Shown here in pieces: positions 24,695-38,700 of a stretch of DNA of 64,000 bases. Both the position numbers and the translations under genes were made by a program. This DNA comes from Eledone cirrhosa (lineage: Eukaryota). The stretch lies in contig OZ024745.1 in assembly GCA_964016885.1 (NCBI GenBank), positions 81,220,001-81,284,000 on the forward strand, given 5' to 3'. The notes beneath the pieces were generated by a model that did no database searches, was not told the origin of the DNA, and worked only from the letters and a program-made list of their open reading frames with translations. Within the stretch, counting starts at the first letter, position 1, and each line of letters begins with the position of its first letter.

Positions 24695-27600
24695 AATGGA
24701 CTGGTGACCAGCGCAGGATAGCTCACTTCAATTTTAAGGTTTGAGGGTGCTATAAAGTCTTTTACATCACCCTCTAGAGATGGTGTCTCAAAAAAAAAAA
24801 AAAAAAAAAAAAACACTGGTCATAGTGGAACCTTAAAACCACTAACCTCACTGAGTGAAATGAATCAAAACATTTGTTTACATAAAGATGTGAATGGTGC
24901 TGGAGCTACTAGTGAAGGTGCTTCGTCTGGCAGGTATCCTGTGTTTAAGCAGCACAGGCCCAGTTGTCATCATAACACTGCTAGAATGCAGTGGAGTAAG
25001 GAGGTAAACAAAGCTGTTATGGGGTGTTATTTTAGAAGCAGGCCTGTGAATGGAAATGGTGTGCCAATTAGAGGATATAAACAAAGGTTGTTACAAGTAT
25101 GGTTGGAGATAGGGTACTTTCAATCCACTGAATAGAGGATTTGTGATCAGGCAAGGGCAATATGCAAATACGGATGGCTATCTGAGATGGAGTTTGAAAT
25201 GATAAAGAAAACAATAAGCCAGGAGGGTATGGAGAATATAGAAGCTCAGGATGTTGGTGATTCAAATAGAGATGAGAGTATGAAAAATAATGGAATCCAA
25301 CAGGAAAAGGAAGAACTGAATATTTGAGATGATGCAGGAGGTGACATTAACATTGATGAACCGAAGGACATATTAGAAAGACAGACAAATGATTACTGAT
25401 ATATTGGAGATCTCTAAATCAGGAGGCAGTAATCTAAAACATTTTTACAAAATCAAACCAAAGTCAGCTAAAAGAAATAACTAAGTAAAAAACATCCTTG
25501 ACAAGGTGCCAACAAGAACCATCACAGTAACCAACAATCTAATCAGCACTACAAGTATCTCCATTGCTAAAGAGTTAGGTGTGAAACAGACTACATGAAA
25601 GCAGATCAAGGAACCATGGTGGAACAGGAGAATAGAAGTGGACATCAAAATGATTAGGAAAAAGACCAATATTCTGGAAAGAGAAAAACAGGGTGAATTA
25701 AGAAAAAGGGGAGAGATTGAACAACTTACAAGGAAGTACAATATCAGGAGAAAGAAGATTACTATGGTAATTGAGGAGCTGAAACAAAAGGTACTTGCCA
25801 AGGCTGCAAGGATTAAGAGGTATGAACAACGGATCATGCAGTATAAACAGAATGGACGTTTCCAACAAAATCAGAAAAGATTCTATCAGGAGGTAAATGG
25901 GATGGTTAGGAATGATAATATACGAGGTGTGTCAGAAAAGTTCCAGGACTGATGTCACAAAAGATTTATTTCAAACCCAAACTTCACACTAAGTGTTTTC
26001 TCCTTCAAAGTAATCCCCCTGGAGTATGTAACTAATCTTAGCTCTCTGCAGCGATCAAACTTTTTTCTTCATAATTTTATATACATGTCCTCTCTTTCAG
26101 GTTGTCAAACAATGAGCACAGAGCAATGAACAAACTCCGTCAGAAGCACTGGGATTGCTGCAGCAAGTGTATGGAGATGAGACATGTCACACTCACGTGT
26201 TTTTGAGTGGTGCAAGAGGTTTAAAGAAGGATGCGAGGACGTGGAAGATGATCCCAGGAGCGGAAGGCCCTCAACAACCAGGACTGAGGTCAATGTTGAG
26301 CGCGTCAGACAGATGGTGCGTAGCGATCGTCGGCTGACTGTTCGACTGGTGGCAAATGGGCTGGGCATGAATCGGGACAGCGTCTGGAAGATTCTCACTG
26401 AAGATTTGGACATGCAGAAAGTCTGCGCAAAGATGGTGCCAAAACTGCTGAACGATGACCAAAAGGGTCGACACATGCAAGTGTGCCCGGACATCCTCGA
26501 GCATCTTGAAACCGAACCAGACTTGCTAGGGACAGTCATCGCCAGTGATAAGTCATGGATCTTTGAGTACGACCCAGAGGGGACCCATTTTGAAGATGTG
26601 GACGACATCAAAAAGGCTGTGATGACGGAACTGCGGAGGATCCCGGAAGAATCCTTCTAGGAGTGCATGCAAGCGTGGCAGAAAAGGATGGAAAAGTGCA
26701 TTAGACTCCAGGGGGATTATTTTGAAGGAGGAAACTCTTAGTGTGAAGTTTGGGTTTGAAATAAATCTTTTGTGACATCAGTCCTGGAACTTTTCTGACC
26801 CACCTCGTAATCCCTGATGCAGATGAAAGTAAGAAGTTTTGGAGTGATATCTGGAGTGTAGAAAAAGAGCACAATAGAAGTGTGGAGTAGCTGATTAACA
26901 TAAAAAATGACATTGGGGATGATCAACAGGGAGAATTGGAGATAACAACTGATATGATAACTATCCAGTGTAGAAAGATACGAATTTGGAAAGCTCTCGG
27001 CAAAGATGATGTGCAAGGATTCTGGTTGAAAAAACCAAGGGCCCTTCATGGGAGAATTGCTGAGCAACTGAATAAGATCTTGAATGGGGAAGAGAGGTTG
27101 CCAGAATGGTTAACCTTTGGGTGAACGATCTTGTGTTTGAAGGACCCAATCAATGGAAATGCCGTTAACAACTGTAGACCTCTCTCTTGCCTCCCTCTTA
27201 TATTGAAACGTATGACAGCTGTCATTGCTGAAGCAATGTATGAATACCTGGAGGAGACACTACCTGCAGAGCAGAAGGGATGTAAGAGAAGAAGCAGGGA
27301 GACTACGGGTCAATTGTTGACTGATAAAGTGATCATTAAAGATTGTAAAAGGTGACACACAAATCTTGCCATGGCCTGGATCAATTACCGCAAGGCTTAT
27401 GACATGGTACCACATAATTGGATTGTAGAATGTTTGAAAATGTTTGGTATTGCAGCTAACGTTAGACAATTTGTGGTGAGCTATATGGATGGTTGGAAGA
27501 CTAAACTGAGATTACGTAGACAAACATTGGGAGTTGTGAAGATCAAGAGAGAAATATTTCAGGGAGACAGTCTTTTACCTTGGTGTTGAGAAGGTCAAAG

Positions 27601-28130
27601 GCTGGTTATGATAAACCACCTGCTGCTCATGGAAGACCTAAAACATTGTGCAAAATCCTATGAACATATTGATTCCCTTGTACAGACAGGTCATACATTC
27701 AGTACAGACATAGAAATGGAATTTGACATAAAAAAGTATGCAGTGCTACTACTGAAGCGAGGTAGAATTAATAAGATAGAAAGAAATTGATGACAACGAG
27801 TATAAGTACTTAGGCACACTGGAAATAAACCAAATGAAATAGAAGGAAATGAAAGAACTATTATCAAAGGAATATAAACGGAGACTGCAGCCCGGGAACA
27901 GGCAGTGAGAACAAACTATATCAAGTTCAATATTGACAAGTCAGTGAATTCCCCATTTTGTAGGTTGTGTGGAGAGAAAGGTGAAACAATAAACCATATT
28001 ATTAGTGAATATAAGATGCTTGCTCAGAGAGAGTACAAGAGAAGGCACAACAACATTGCCAGATTGGTTCATTGAAAGCTCTGTCATAAGTATGACATGA
28101 GTAGAAGTGAGAAATGGTGGGAACTGTCAA
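24695..28130 (+). mobile_element. decayed R4/Dong-like LINE interrupted by a mariner
   Basis: WSKEVNKAVM.CY, IKRYEQR...[67 protein letters not shown]. Starts beside (TAA)n. Confidence 0.85.
25923..26807 (+). mobile_element. mariner DNA transposon, internally deleted, ~103-bp TIRs, TA TSD
   Basis: TA|CGAGGTG...CACCTCG|TA. TIRs at 25923-26025 and 26705-26807. ORF VFEWCKRFKEG.EDVEDDPRSGRP...KMVPKLL...DKSWIFEYDPE joined directly to the C-terminal GTHFEDVDDIK, so the catalytic core is deleted. Confidence 0.93.
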
Positions 28131-29810
28131 CTTAAGATGCCATAAAATGTTTCCACAGTAAATGATAAGGTAGAAAATATTGGGAATCAACAAACTATGA
28201 CGTTGCCAAACGTTTCCACATTAAATGACAAGGTAAAAAAGATTGAGATCCCCCAAACTAAGATGTCACAAGTTTCTACAGTAAATAACATGGTAGAAAA
28301 GACTGGCAACCACCAAACTAAAATGTCCTCACAAGTACATGTAGAAAATAACAAGGTAGAAAAGATTGGCAACCCCTAAATTAAGATATAAGCAGTTTCT
28401 ACAATAAATGATGAGACAGAAAAGATTGGGAAACCTCAAACTAAGATGTTACAAGTTTCCACAGTAAATGAGAATGTAGAAAACATTAAGAACTCCCAAA
28501 CTAATATGACATTACAAGTTTCAACAGTAAATGACAAGACAGAAAAGATGGGAACATGAAAAGGAAGATATTACTTCAAAAATCAACAGTAAACGACAAG
28601 GGAGGAAAGATTGGAAACTCACAAACTAAAATGTCACTTCAGGATCCCAGGGTAAATGACAAGACAGAAGAGATTAGGATCATTCAAATGAAGACGTCAT
28701 AAAAAGTTTCCACAGTAAATGACAAGTAAGAAAAGGTTGGAACCCTCAAACTAAGATGTCACTTCATGTACTCATAGTAAATTATAAGGCAGAAAAGATT
28801 GGGAACCCATAAACTAGGATGTCATAAAAAGTTTCCACAGTAAACGACAAAGTAGAAAAGACATTAATGCCAAACAATAACATGTCCCTATAAGTTTCCA
28901 TAGTAAATGACCAAATAGAAAAGATTGGGAAATCCAAAACTAAGATGTAATAGAAAGGTTCCATAGTAAGTGACAAGACAGAAAAGATTGGGAAGCCACA
29001 AATAAAGATGTCATAGGAAATGACAATGGGAACCCGCAAACTTAGATATTACAGTCAATGACAAGACAGAATAGATTGGGAACTCCAAACTAGGATGTCC
29101 CAAGTTTCCACAGTAAATGACAAGATAGAAAAGATTGGTAACCCCCAAACTATGAGGTCCCACAAGTTCCAATGGTGAATTACAAGCTAGAAATTATTGG
29201 GAACCCCAAACTTAGATTTCCCCACAAGTTCTCACAATAAATGACAAGGTAGAAAAGATTAAGGAACTTTGAACTAAGAGGCCACAAGTTTCCATAGTAA
29301 ATGATCTGATAGGAAACATTGGCAAGCCCCAAACTAAGATGTCATGAAAACTTTCCATGGTAAATGATAAGGTAGAAAAGATAGGGAACCCCCATTCTAT
29401 GATGTCATAAGTTTCCACAATAAGTGATAAGGTAGAAAAGATAGGGAACCCCTTTTCTAAGATGTTACAAGTTTCCACAGTAAATGATAAGGTAGAAAAG
29501 ATTGGGAACCCCAAAATTAAGATGACACCCCAAGTTTCCACAGTAAATGACATGATAGAAAAGATTGGGAACCCCCAAAGTAAAATATCACCACAAGTTT
29601 CCACAGTAAATGTCAAGATCGACTAGATTGTGAACCTCCAATCTAAGATGACACCCCAAGTTTCCACAGTAAATGACATGACAGAAAAGATTGGAACCAC
29701 CAAACTAAGATGTCACAAGTTTCTATTCTAAATGATTAGACAGAAAATACAAGATGACAAGGTTAAAAATATTTAGAACTCCCAAGATGTCACTACAAAT
29801 TTCCACATAC
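28130..29810. repeat. tandem satellite, ~28 units of mostly 60 or 63 bp
   Basis: Consensus approx. CAAGTTTCCACAGTAAATGACAAGGTAGAAAAGATTGGGAACCCCCAAACTAAGATGTCA(CCA). Confidence 0.95.
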
Positions 29811-30054
29811 AAATGTAGAGCTGAAAATAATTATATTTAATTGAAATCATAACAATAATCTAATGACAAGAAAAGCCATTAGTATTAATGAAAATTATTC
29901 TCAGAAAAGTCAAGGTAGAAAATTCCTACATTTTAACTCAACTAAAAATTTATTTGAAGAGGTATAACTCTAGTCATTTCATTCTTATCAGACTTCCTCA
30001 GCAAAGTATTGTTACTTGTGGTACTATGGTAAGATATATTTATATAAGTAATAG

Positions 30055-32295
30055 TACTTTGCTGAGGAAGTAAAGGTGTTTCAACTAGAAGAAAGCAGAC
30101 TGGAAAGGTTTCACCAACGAGCTGGAAGAGAAAATCAAACATAATACCAACAATCAATAACAACAACCTCTTTGCTAACCTGGTACTGAAAACTGCTTGG
30201 AAATATATCCCACAAGGCTGTAGAGTTGAATATATATCTGGACTTTTAAAGGAATGCACAGAACTCTATGCCAACTATATTGGCATGTTTGAAGCAGACC
30301 CCTTCTCAGAAGAAACAATTGCCCAAGACGAGAAGTTGATGAAAAGCATTGCCCAAGAGCAAAGCAAGACCTGGAATGCTCTTACTGGGTCTATGGTCAT
30401 GTAAAAAAAACAGCTAGAAAGCATGGACATGTATTCACAAGCTACATGGTGATCCTAAAGCAGCCACTCAGCACCTAATAGTCACTGCCAACCAATTGTT
30501 AGAGAATGGAAAGAGTGGAAAGAAAGGGAAGAAGATGAAAGTAAACCACAAGAAATACACTGCAGACCCTGCTTTTACAAGACTGTTTATCATAGAAGAG
30601 CTGGAAGTAGGAATCTCTACCCTCAAATCAGGGAAGGCAATTGGACTGGATAACATCGCAACCGAAAAGATCAACCACTTCAGTCACAGGGCAAAGATGT
30701 GGCTTCTACAGCTCTACAATGAGTGCTTAACAACATACAAGCTCCCCAACATCTGGAAGAAAGTTCACATTAAAGCACTGCTGAAACCTGGGAAAGATCC
30801 ATCTGCTCCTAAGAATTTTAGACCAATCTCACTTTTGAGTCACACCTACAAGCTCTTTGAACACCTGATCCTCAACAGAATTGTCCCCTTTGTGGACGAT
30901 CACCTCATCCCTGAACAAGCAGGCTTCCGCTCTAGCAAGTCAACAACTAAACAAGTACTCAACCTCACCCAGTACATCGAGGACAGCTATGAGGAAGGGA
31001 TGGTAACCAGTGTGGTGTTTGTCGACCTCTCAGCTGCCTATGACACAGTCAACCACAGACGTCTCCTTAGCAAGATCCTGGAGATCACAAGAGACACCTC
31101 TCTAACAGAGTTAATTGAAATCATGCTTGAAAACAGGCACTTCTTTGTTGAGCTAGGAGGGAAGAAAAACAGATGGCGAAGACTCAAGAATGGCCTCCCA
31201 CAGAGAAGTGTGCTTGCACCACTTCTCTTTAACATCTACACCAATGACCAACCAAAAAGTGCAGGCTACCGCCACTTCATCTATGCAGATGATCTCCGTA
31301 TAGGTGCATAAGACACTGATTTCAAAGTTGTGGAAGATAGACTCTCCAATGCTCTGGAAGAGCTAACACCTTATTATGAAGAGAACCACCTGCATGCAAA
31401 TCCATCCAAGACACAGGTGTGTGCCTGCCAGCTGCGAAACCGTGAAGCCAAGTGCCAACTGAAGGTTAACTGGTCAGGAACCCCCTTTGAACACTGTGCA
31501 CCCAGTCTATCTAGTTGTAACCCTGGATAAGTGTCTCTCTTTTAAGATCTACATTGAAGAGACCAAATGCAAAGTGAATGAAAGGAACAACATCATCTGG
31601 GGTACAAACCCACAGACTCTGAAGTGAACTGCACTAGCTCTCTGCTACTCAGCTGCTGAGTATGCATGCCCAGAGCTAGATGCCGCCTCACCACAGGCTG
31701 CCTGAAATATACACCTACGGACTCTGCATATCCTGGCAGGCATAGCCCCACCAGAGATACAACGAAGTGCAACAAGCAAGAAAGAGTGTCAACAACAAAG
31801 TACAGATCAAAAACATCCTCTCTTCAGCCATGTGCCAGCCAAAAGCAGCTATAAATCCAGGAAAAGTTTTCTAAACAGCGTCACACCCCTTGGAACATCA
31901 AGCATAAGTAGTGAAAGAGTCACTCGCTGGGAAGTAAAACTTAACAACCTCCTATCTGTAACAACAATGGAGCTAAAGGCGAGCGAGGAACCTATCCTCG
32001 GAGCAGATACAAACTTTGCAGTGTAGAAATGCCTTAACAGATTAAGATCTGGTGCTGGTCGTGCAAAAGCCAATCTGGCAAAATGGGGATATTTAAAGGA
32101 TGGGGACGTTGAGTGTGACTGCGGTATTGAACCACAGACTATGCAGCACCTCTTGATATGCCCCCTGTTGGAACACCCCTGGACTTGGCAGATTTTAATG
32201 AGAAAGGAAAGCAATGTGTTCAGCTGTGGCAGAACCACATCTAGCTAAGCTTTGTAGATGACACTCTTGTGGACACGATAAGAAGAGAAGAAGAC
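30055..32295 (+). mobile_element. Vingi/Ingi-like LINE, 5'-truncated
   Basis: FRPISLLS, EQAGFR, FVDLSAAYDTVNH, GLPQ.SVLAPLLFNIY, FIYADD, LNRLRSG.GR, WGY..CDCG..QT..H...CP; (AAG)n tail. The clade assignment is an inference. Confidence 0.75.
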
Positions 32296-32357
32296 CATAG
32301 TATTTCACTATTCATGCTAAATCAGCAATTACAAGTATTTTCATTTATACTACTCAC

Positions 32358-32432
32358 CTCAAATTGAGCTGGTCACAAGTCTACAAGCAGTCCCAACGAG
32401 AATCCAATAAGTTGAGGCGTGTGATCAGAAAG
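32358..32432 (-). other. candidate 5'UTR exon of the NDNF-like gene
   Basis: Non-repeat island between LINEs with acceptor atcttcag| and strong donor GAG|gtgagt on the NDNF strand. 75 nt, stops in all three frames. The ATG exon has an acceptor 1 nt before ATG, which implies an upstream exon. Confidence 0.4.
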
Positions 32433-32697
32433 CTGAAGATCAATATTTTCCACTTTAACATATAGATTTGAAGCCCATTTGTAGATAAAACTAAAGTGCC
32501 GGGAATTATGCAAAAATTGGTACATTATCCCAGTGTTGTATAACAAGTAGCACTTGTTTCACTTCTTGGTATAAAAGATTTTCACTCTAGAGCTTTCTGG
32601 TCAAGCTAGCCTGCAAAACATATATGCATATATTTAAATATCAACTCCATACCATAAAATGTCAAATACATATATCAAATATCATACACCTATCATA

Positions 32698-32732
<35 letters not shown>

Positions 32733-32734
32733 TT

Positions 32735-33020
32735 TCTTTTTTGGCCACTAGGGCCAAAAACATAATGGACAATACAAAAGGCAGGGATAGCGGGGATTTA
32801 CATGTTAAAGCATGTAAAAAGAAAAAAAGAAAGATAACAAATAACAATAAATGACAATAGATTTGAAACAAAAGTAATCTCCAAAGGAGTAGGGGGCACC
32901 TTGTAGGGGTCATTTTAGAATTCCACAAATCCAAAGCCACCTTCAACACCAAGAACACCATAGAAAAGTGTCCCTCTTTTCTCTCTGCACTCTTCAGCCT
33001 ACAGGGACGTGCTCAAGGTA
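32735..33020 (-). mobile_element. 3'UTR fragment of a Tx1-like element
   Basis: Minus strand ...ctgtag..gagggacac...ccctagtggccaaaaaagaaa parallels the 3'UTR at 39348-39620 (ccctggtggcaaataaaaagaaa). Confidence 0.55.
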
Positions 33021-33194
33021 GGCCTACTCTAATAATAATGGTTTCTGATTTTGGCGACAATTTTAGGGGAGGGGAAAGTCGATTAAATAGACCCAAGTGT
33101 CTTACTGAGTGCTTTATTTTATCAATCCCATAAGGATGAAAGGCAAAGCTAGATTTGAAATCAGAATGTAACTGTATTCTGCAAAGCATAATAA

Positions 33195-34240
33195 TAAGAA
33201 ACAAAATCTTTGCTGAAGATGCCAAAAGATTTTACAGAGTTAGGTAAAAAAAATATTGAAATAAGACAACCACCTGAGCTTGATAAGGTTGAACACTTCT
33301 GGGCAAATATCTGGGAAAAAGCTAAAGACCACAGCTCTCATGCCACATGGCTGGAAATCCCTGCTTGCACCTAGGAATGGAATGAGATTACCTCACAAGA
33401 AATAAAAACAGCAGTCAGCAATGTTGGAAACTGGAAATCACCGGGCAGAGATGGCTTGCAGAATTTCTGGCTGAAATATCTGGATGTGCTCCATAAAGCC
33501 TTGACTGCTGAATTCTTCAACATACACTACAATCACCTTCTTTATATGGATGATATCAAGCTATTTGGAAACAATGATGGGCAATTGGAAGGTTTACTGC
33601 ACACAGTGAAACAATTCAGTGATGACATACATATGGAATTTAGACTGGACAAGTGTGTAAAAGCCACATTCCAAAAAGGGTTGCTCTCTAGCCATAAAGA
33701 TATTGTCATAGACCAACAAACCACCATAAAGGAACTTGACAATGAAGAGTTCTACAAATATCTTGGAGTTAATGAAGGAGATGGAATCCAGCATGCAAAT
33801 TTGAAGGAAAATATATGGAAGGAATACATAAGGAGAGTAAGACTGACAACAAATAGTGAGCTAAACTCCTGCAACAAGTTCAAAGCCATTAGTACCAGTG
33901 GTACCCTACAGATTTAACATCTTAAACTGGAACCTGCAAGAACTACAAAGGTTGGACACTAAGACAAGGAAACTATTGACAATAGAAAAAATGCACCACC
34001 CTAAAGCGGATGTACATAGGCTGTATATCTCAAGGAGTGAAGGTGGAAGGGGGCTCCAATAACTAGAAGCTGCATACAAAACAGCAACTATTGGATTGGA
34101 TAGCTACCTCCACCACACCCGAGATGAACTTCTTAAGCCTGTACTCAAGTATGAACAAATTCAGAAATTACACTCAATAACAAAGGGGGCAAGCAAATTT
34201 AGGCAAAAACTGAACATGGAACAAGACATACCCATAGAAA
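33195..34240 (+). mobile_element. decayed R4/Dong-like LINE fragments
   Basis: NWKSPG.DGLQNFWLK, NHLLYMDDIKLF, F.LDKC, YKYLGV, MHHPKADV.RLYI.R.EGGRG. Confidence 0.8.
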
Positions 34241-34249
34241 ATCAACATC

Positions 34250-35618
34250 AGAATGGAGCTACTTCTTTTAGTCAGAAAAAAAACTAATTGTCGACCTACA
34301 ATTGCCAGATGAGCAAGTGGGTTTTTGTAGTGGCTGGAACACAGTACATCAGACCATCTAGCTAACCAATGATATTGAAGACAGTTTCAAAAAGGGCCAC
34401 AAGGCTGGCAATATCTTGGTTGACCCCAGTGCAGCTTATGACACTGTGTGGTACCAGGGCCAAAACCGTAACATTGTGTAGTTTATCTGCAACACCCTCA
34501 CCACCTGAAGCTATGTCCTGAAGACCAGCAGATTGGGCCACCTCCGTAATGGAGTCCCCCCACCAAGGCTTGGTACTATTCCCCATGCTCTTCAACCTGT
34601 ACATCAGTGACATACTCTAAATAACATCACAGCTGTATGGCTATACATACTAACAGCAGACATAACCCAACTGAAAACATATTTCAAGACCTGGAGATTG
34701 AAGCTGAGCATGTCAAAGATGACTACAACAACATTCCACCTGAATACTAAGGAGGCTGATCACTGACTCACCATTAACCTCGATGGCACACCCCTCCTAT
34801 ATAATGCTACACTGACAGTAAAATTGACTTACAGACAATAGTTCGAGTCTTTACGTGCAAAGGTATCCACAAGAAACAACCTACTACGCTGCTTGGAAGG
34901 CTCATCATTGTGTGCTGTTACATCTACCCTACATACCAGTGCCTTAGACTTGGTTTACAGTGTTGTGGAATATGCCTCCTCTTCGTGGTGCAGAAACTCC
35001 CATACCGAGAAGCTAGATACAGCCTTGAACAATACCTTAAAGCTCATTACTGAATATCTTCATCCTACACCAACTGAATATCTATCTGTGCTCTCAGGCA
35101 TTGCTCCTGCACCCCTTCATAGAGAGCATCACACACACACACAGGCTGATAACCAAGGCATCAAAAGACCCTAGTCATTCGCTCCATGACGACTGAGAAT
35201 TCTCAGCTATAAGACCAACACCACTTCATGTCACGCTGACCTTTCTCTTGACACACAACAAAGCTGCAAAACTCAAATTTAAACAAGCATCAGATGTGGA
35301 AAGCTAGCTGACAACAGATATCTCAACCCATTCAATTGAATGTCAACCCCAATACAACCCTCCCAACAGGCACTAACTTTTCTCGGAGGGTGTGGGTGTT
35401 GGTCGATTCAATGTAGCCAGGCACCACTGGAGGTTACAGCCATCAGTAGCTTGCAAGTGTGGCTCCCCATAGAAAAATGCAGAACACATACTGAGTGAGT
35501 GCCCGCATCCCTGCCCACCTGAAAATGTTGACCCGACTCACTCTAATCCCACTCCCGTGAGTTGGTTATAGCGTCTGGGGATGCCATGTAATTGCTGTCT
35601 TACATGAAAGAAAGAAAG
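34250..35618 (+). mobile_element. highly decayed second Vingi-like LINE
   Basis: AAYDTVW, LVYSVVEYA..SWCRNSHT.KLD, LSVLSGIAP, CKCG; (GAAA)n tail. Confidence 0.65.
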
Positions 35619-35745
35619 TGATCCAAAATCTGTCTGTTTTTAAGTCAAAAGTTGTCAGACCATTTAGATAAATGGTAAGAGACGAAATTTGTGTTTGATA
35701 CTCTGTTGTAGCTGCTGACCTCTTTTTTCTCAGCTATATTTATTT

Positions 35746-38700
35746 TCGCCCCCCCCCCCCCCTCCCCAAACGCCCACACAACTCCAAACACCCCAACCAC
35801 ACAACACACTGATGCCCCTACACTTCCATAAACCATCACCCCACCCAACAACCCATCCCCCACCCTCATGGAAATTGTGCAGCCCGATACCCGGGACGCA
35901 GAGAGGTAAGTGCCTTTTCTCTTCACCACCAATATGGCTATGCTAAGAGTAGGCTGTCTAAATGCGCATGGCCTGGGCTCAACTTGGAAGCAAGCAATGT
36001 TTCTAAATGACCTCAGGTCACAACGTATAGATGTGATGGTTATTTGCGAGGCCCGGATCAGCAACGTGCGACAGCTGGCCCCCACCTTTGATGATTTTGA
36101 GATGCACGCATCTCTCTGTCAGCCCGGAGGTGGAGGTGGGGTTGTCGTTCTGCTGCAAAAACATCTGGGTCTCGCAACACAGACGGAACATTTGGACCCG
36201 GAGGGTCGACTAGTGGTCCTGGACCTTGGCAGTGGTGAAGGCGGAGCGTTTAGGCTGGTAGCCGTCTACGGCCCTTTCGGGTCAATGCGGCCGGACTTCT
36301 TCTATCGTCTGGAGACTTTTCTAGGGACGTCCCGCTCCTTGCTATTAGTGGGGGACTGGAATGGTATCCTAGATGCACGTTGGGACTACGTAGGGGCCTG
36401 TCCCGATAGAGAGGGGTGTAACAGCCTCAAAGGGTTAATCGGTCGATTTGACCTGGCCGATAGATATCGACTAGATTTTCCGACTGCGCCAACCTGGACT
36501 TGGGCAAACCGCAGCGGATCATCTAGGTCGTACCTAGATAGGTTCTTAGTTAGAAATAAGGATAAGGACTTTTTAAGTTGTCCAAAAATGCGCATGGTTG
36601 GCTATTCAGATCACAAGTTAGTGACCTGCATGGTCAACCTTGACAGAACGCATAGACAGGGACCCGGTTACTGGAAGCTCAACTTGTCCTTACCGGCAAG
36701 TAAGGCTTACAGGGACCGGATTAGCACATTAGTTAAGGAGCGGTTGAAGGGCGCCATCGTCAACAGCAGGTGGCGGGGATCTCTCAAAAGAGAGATTAGA
36801 GTAGTCTCTATAGAATTTAGTAAGGAGTTAGCCTCAAATAGAAATAGGAAGGAAAGGGAGTTTGTAGATAGTGTAGAAGAGGCAATTAGAAGCGGCGAAG
36901 TGGCCAGAGTGCTAGCCTCGAGAACGGCCCTGGGCCAGTTCTTCGACGCGAAACACGTAGGCTGCATCGTCCGAAGCAAAATACGTGCTCTGGGAAACGA
37001 GGGAACCAAAGCTGTTAGCTGGGCCCGCATGACAGAAGCCAAAAGAGGGCGTAGATCCACTATCCGGTCTTTGCGAGACCAGCATGGACGGGTGATCCTT
37101 GAACCTAAGCAGATGTGCGAGGCTTTTCAAAAGCACTTTGCCAGATTGTTCGGAAGGGGCGGGGAGCCGGTTGGGGAAGTGGACTTCGGTCCATACATCG
37201 ACGGCCTGCCGCGTCTCTCGGACAGGTAAGCGAAGTCCTGCGAGGAGCCGATTTCAGCCGTTGAGATAGAGGACATGCTGAGCCAATGCGGCAAACGCAA
37301 ATCCCCGGGGTTCGATGGTCTTCCATACGAACTATATCTAGCTATGCCGGACCTGTTCCCTGATCTCCTCGAAGCGGTCTACTGCAACTGGCAACAGAAC
37401 GGGAGAATTCCCTGTGCTGTGACCAAGGGCGTAGTCACGCTAGAGAGGAAGGACGAGAACAAGGGGGACGATATAAATAATTTCAGGCCCATAATTCTGC
37501 TAAATACAGAGTTACAGATTTTGGCCAAGGTGCTAGAAAAGAGGTTGGCGCTTGTCGTGGGCAACCTGGTGGGAGATGCGCAGACATGTGTTATCCCGTC
37601 CAGGTCAATCCACGACAACATCCACCTCATGCGATACATCATAGAGAGGGTTGGAAACGAACCCGGCTTTGGTGGGGCCCTGATCAACTTGGATCAATCT
37701 AAGGCGTTCGATAGAGTCGACCATGGTTACCTGGATGCGGTGCTAGCGGCGGCAGGCTTCGGACCCGTTTTCAGGGGCTGGATCAATGCTATGCACAGCA
37801 GCCGCATCTGCTCTAGGGTCAAGGTGAACGGCTACCTCTCGGAGCCGTTCGAAATCGCGCGGTCCATCCGACAAGGGTGCCCTCTCTCCTCCCTTCTGTA
37901 TGTAGTAACTCTAGAGCCACTGCTGCGGAAGTTGGAGTTGTTGCAGGGATTGCGGAAAGCGGTGTCGGCCTACGCCGATGATGTAACAGTAATGGTGTCG
38001 ACGGCCACGGAAATCGGGGCGATCGGCACCTTACTGGAGGAGTACGAAAGGTTTACAGGGGCTAAGCTGAACCGGGACAAGTCGATCGGTCTGCAACTCG
38101 GCACGTGGAGGGGCAAATCGATGCCCTCCGATAGCGTCGACGGGCGCTGGACGGAGGGTTCGGTGAAGTTGCTCGGGGTCTGGTTCGGACCAGACCTCCA
38201 GGTGGAGAAGAACTGGGGTGAGGTAACGAACAGGGTGTTTGCACTGACCCAGAAGTGGGCCGAGTGCAAACTGTCCCTGAAAGGTCGGGCGGAGGTGGCG
38301 AACACTTATATAGCGTCCGTCATCTACTACCGCCTGACCGTCGTGCTTTGCCCAAGGGAAACGCTCGCCAAAATAGAGCGCGCATTCTTCCAATTCCTTT
38401 GGAAGAAGCGGGCTCCTATGGTGAGGAGATCCATCTGCTGTCAACACCCTTCGAAAGGAGGGCTGGGGATGCCGTGGCTGATGATGCGTAAACACGCATT
38501 AAGGCTACGGCACCTCCAGGTATTCCTCACCGGTCAACCGATGTGGGCCCCGTTTGTGAGGCGAGCATTTCCCAGACTCGTCTCGCTCACCGAGCTGCAA
38601 TCCTGGGTCAAGCAAAGACCGAGAAAACTGGGCGCCTGGCACACCTAGTGTGCCCAGGCACTCACGGCTCTCTGGCAGGCGGACCCGGCTGTCAGTGGAG

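Noticed and set aside
28130-29810. CRISPR-like array
   Set aside because: Whole units repeat with no unique spacers, there are no cas genes, and the context is eukaryotic.
37227-38648. Programmed stop-codon readthrough in Tx1 ORF2
   Set aside because: Simple nonsense mutations in a dead copy are more parsimonious.
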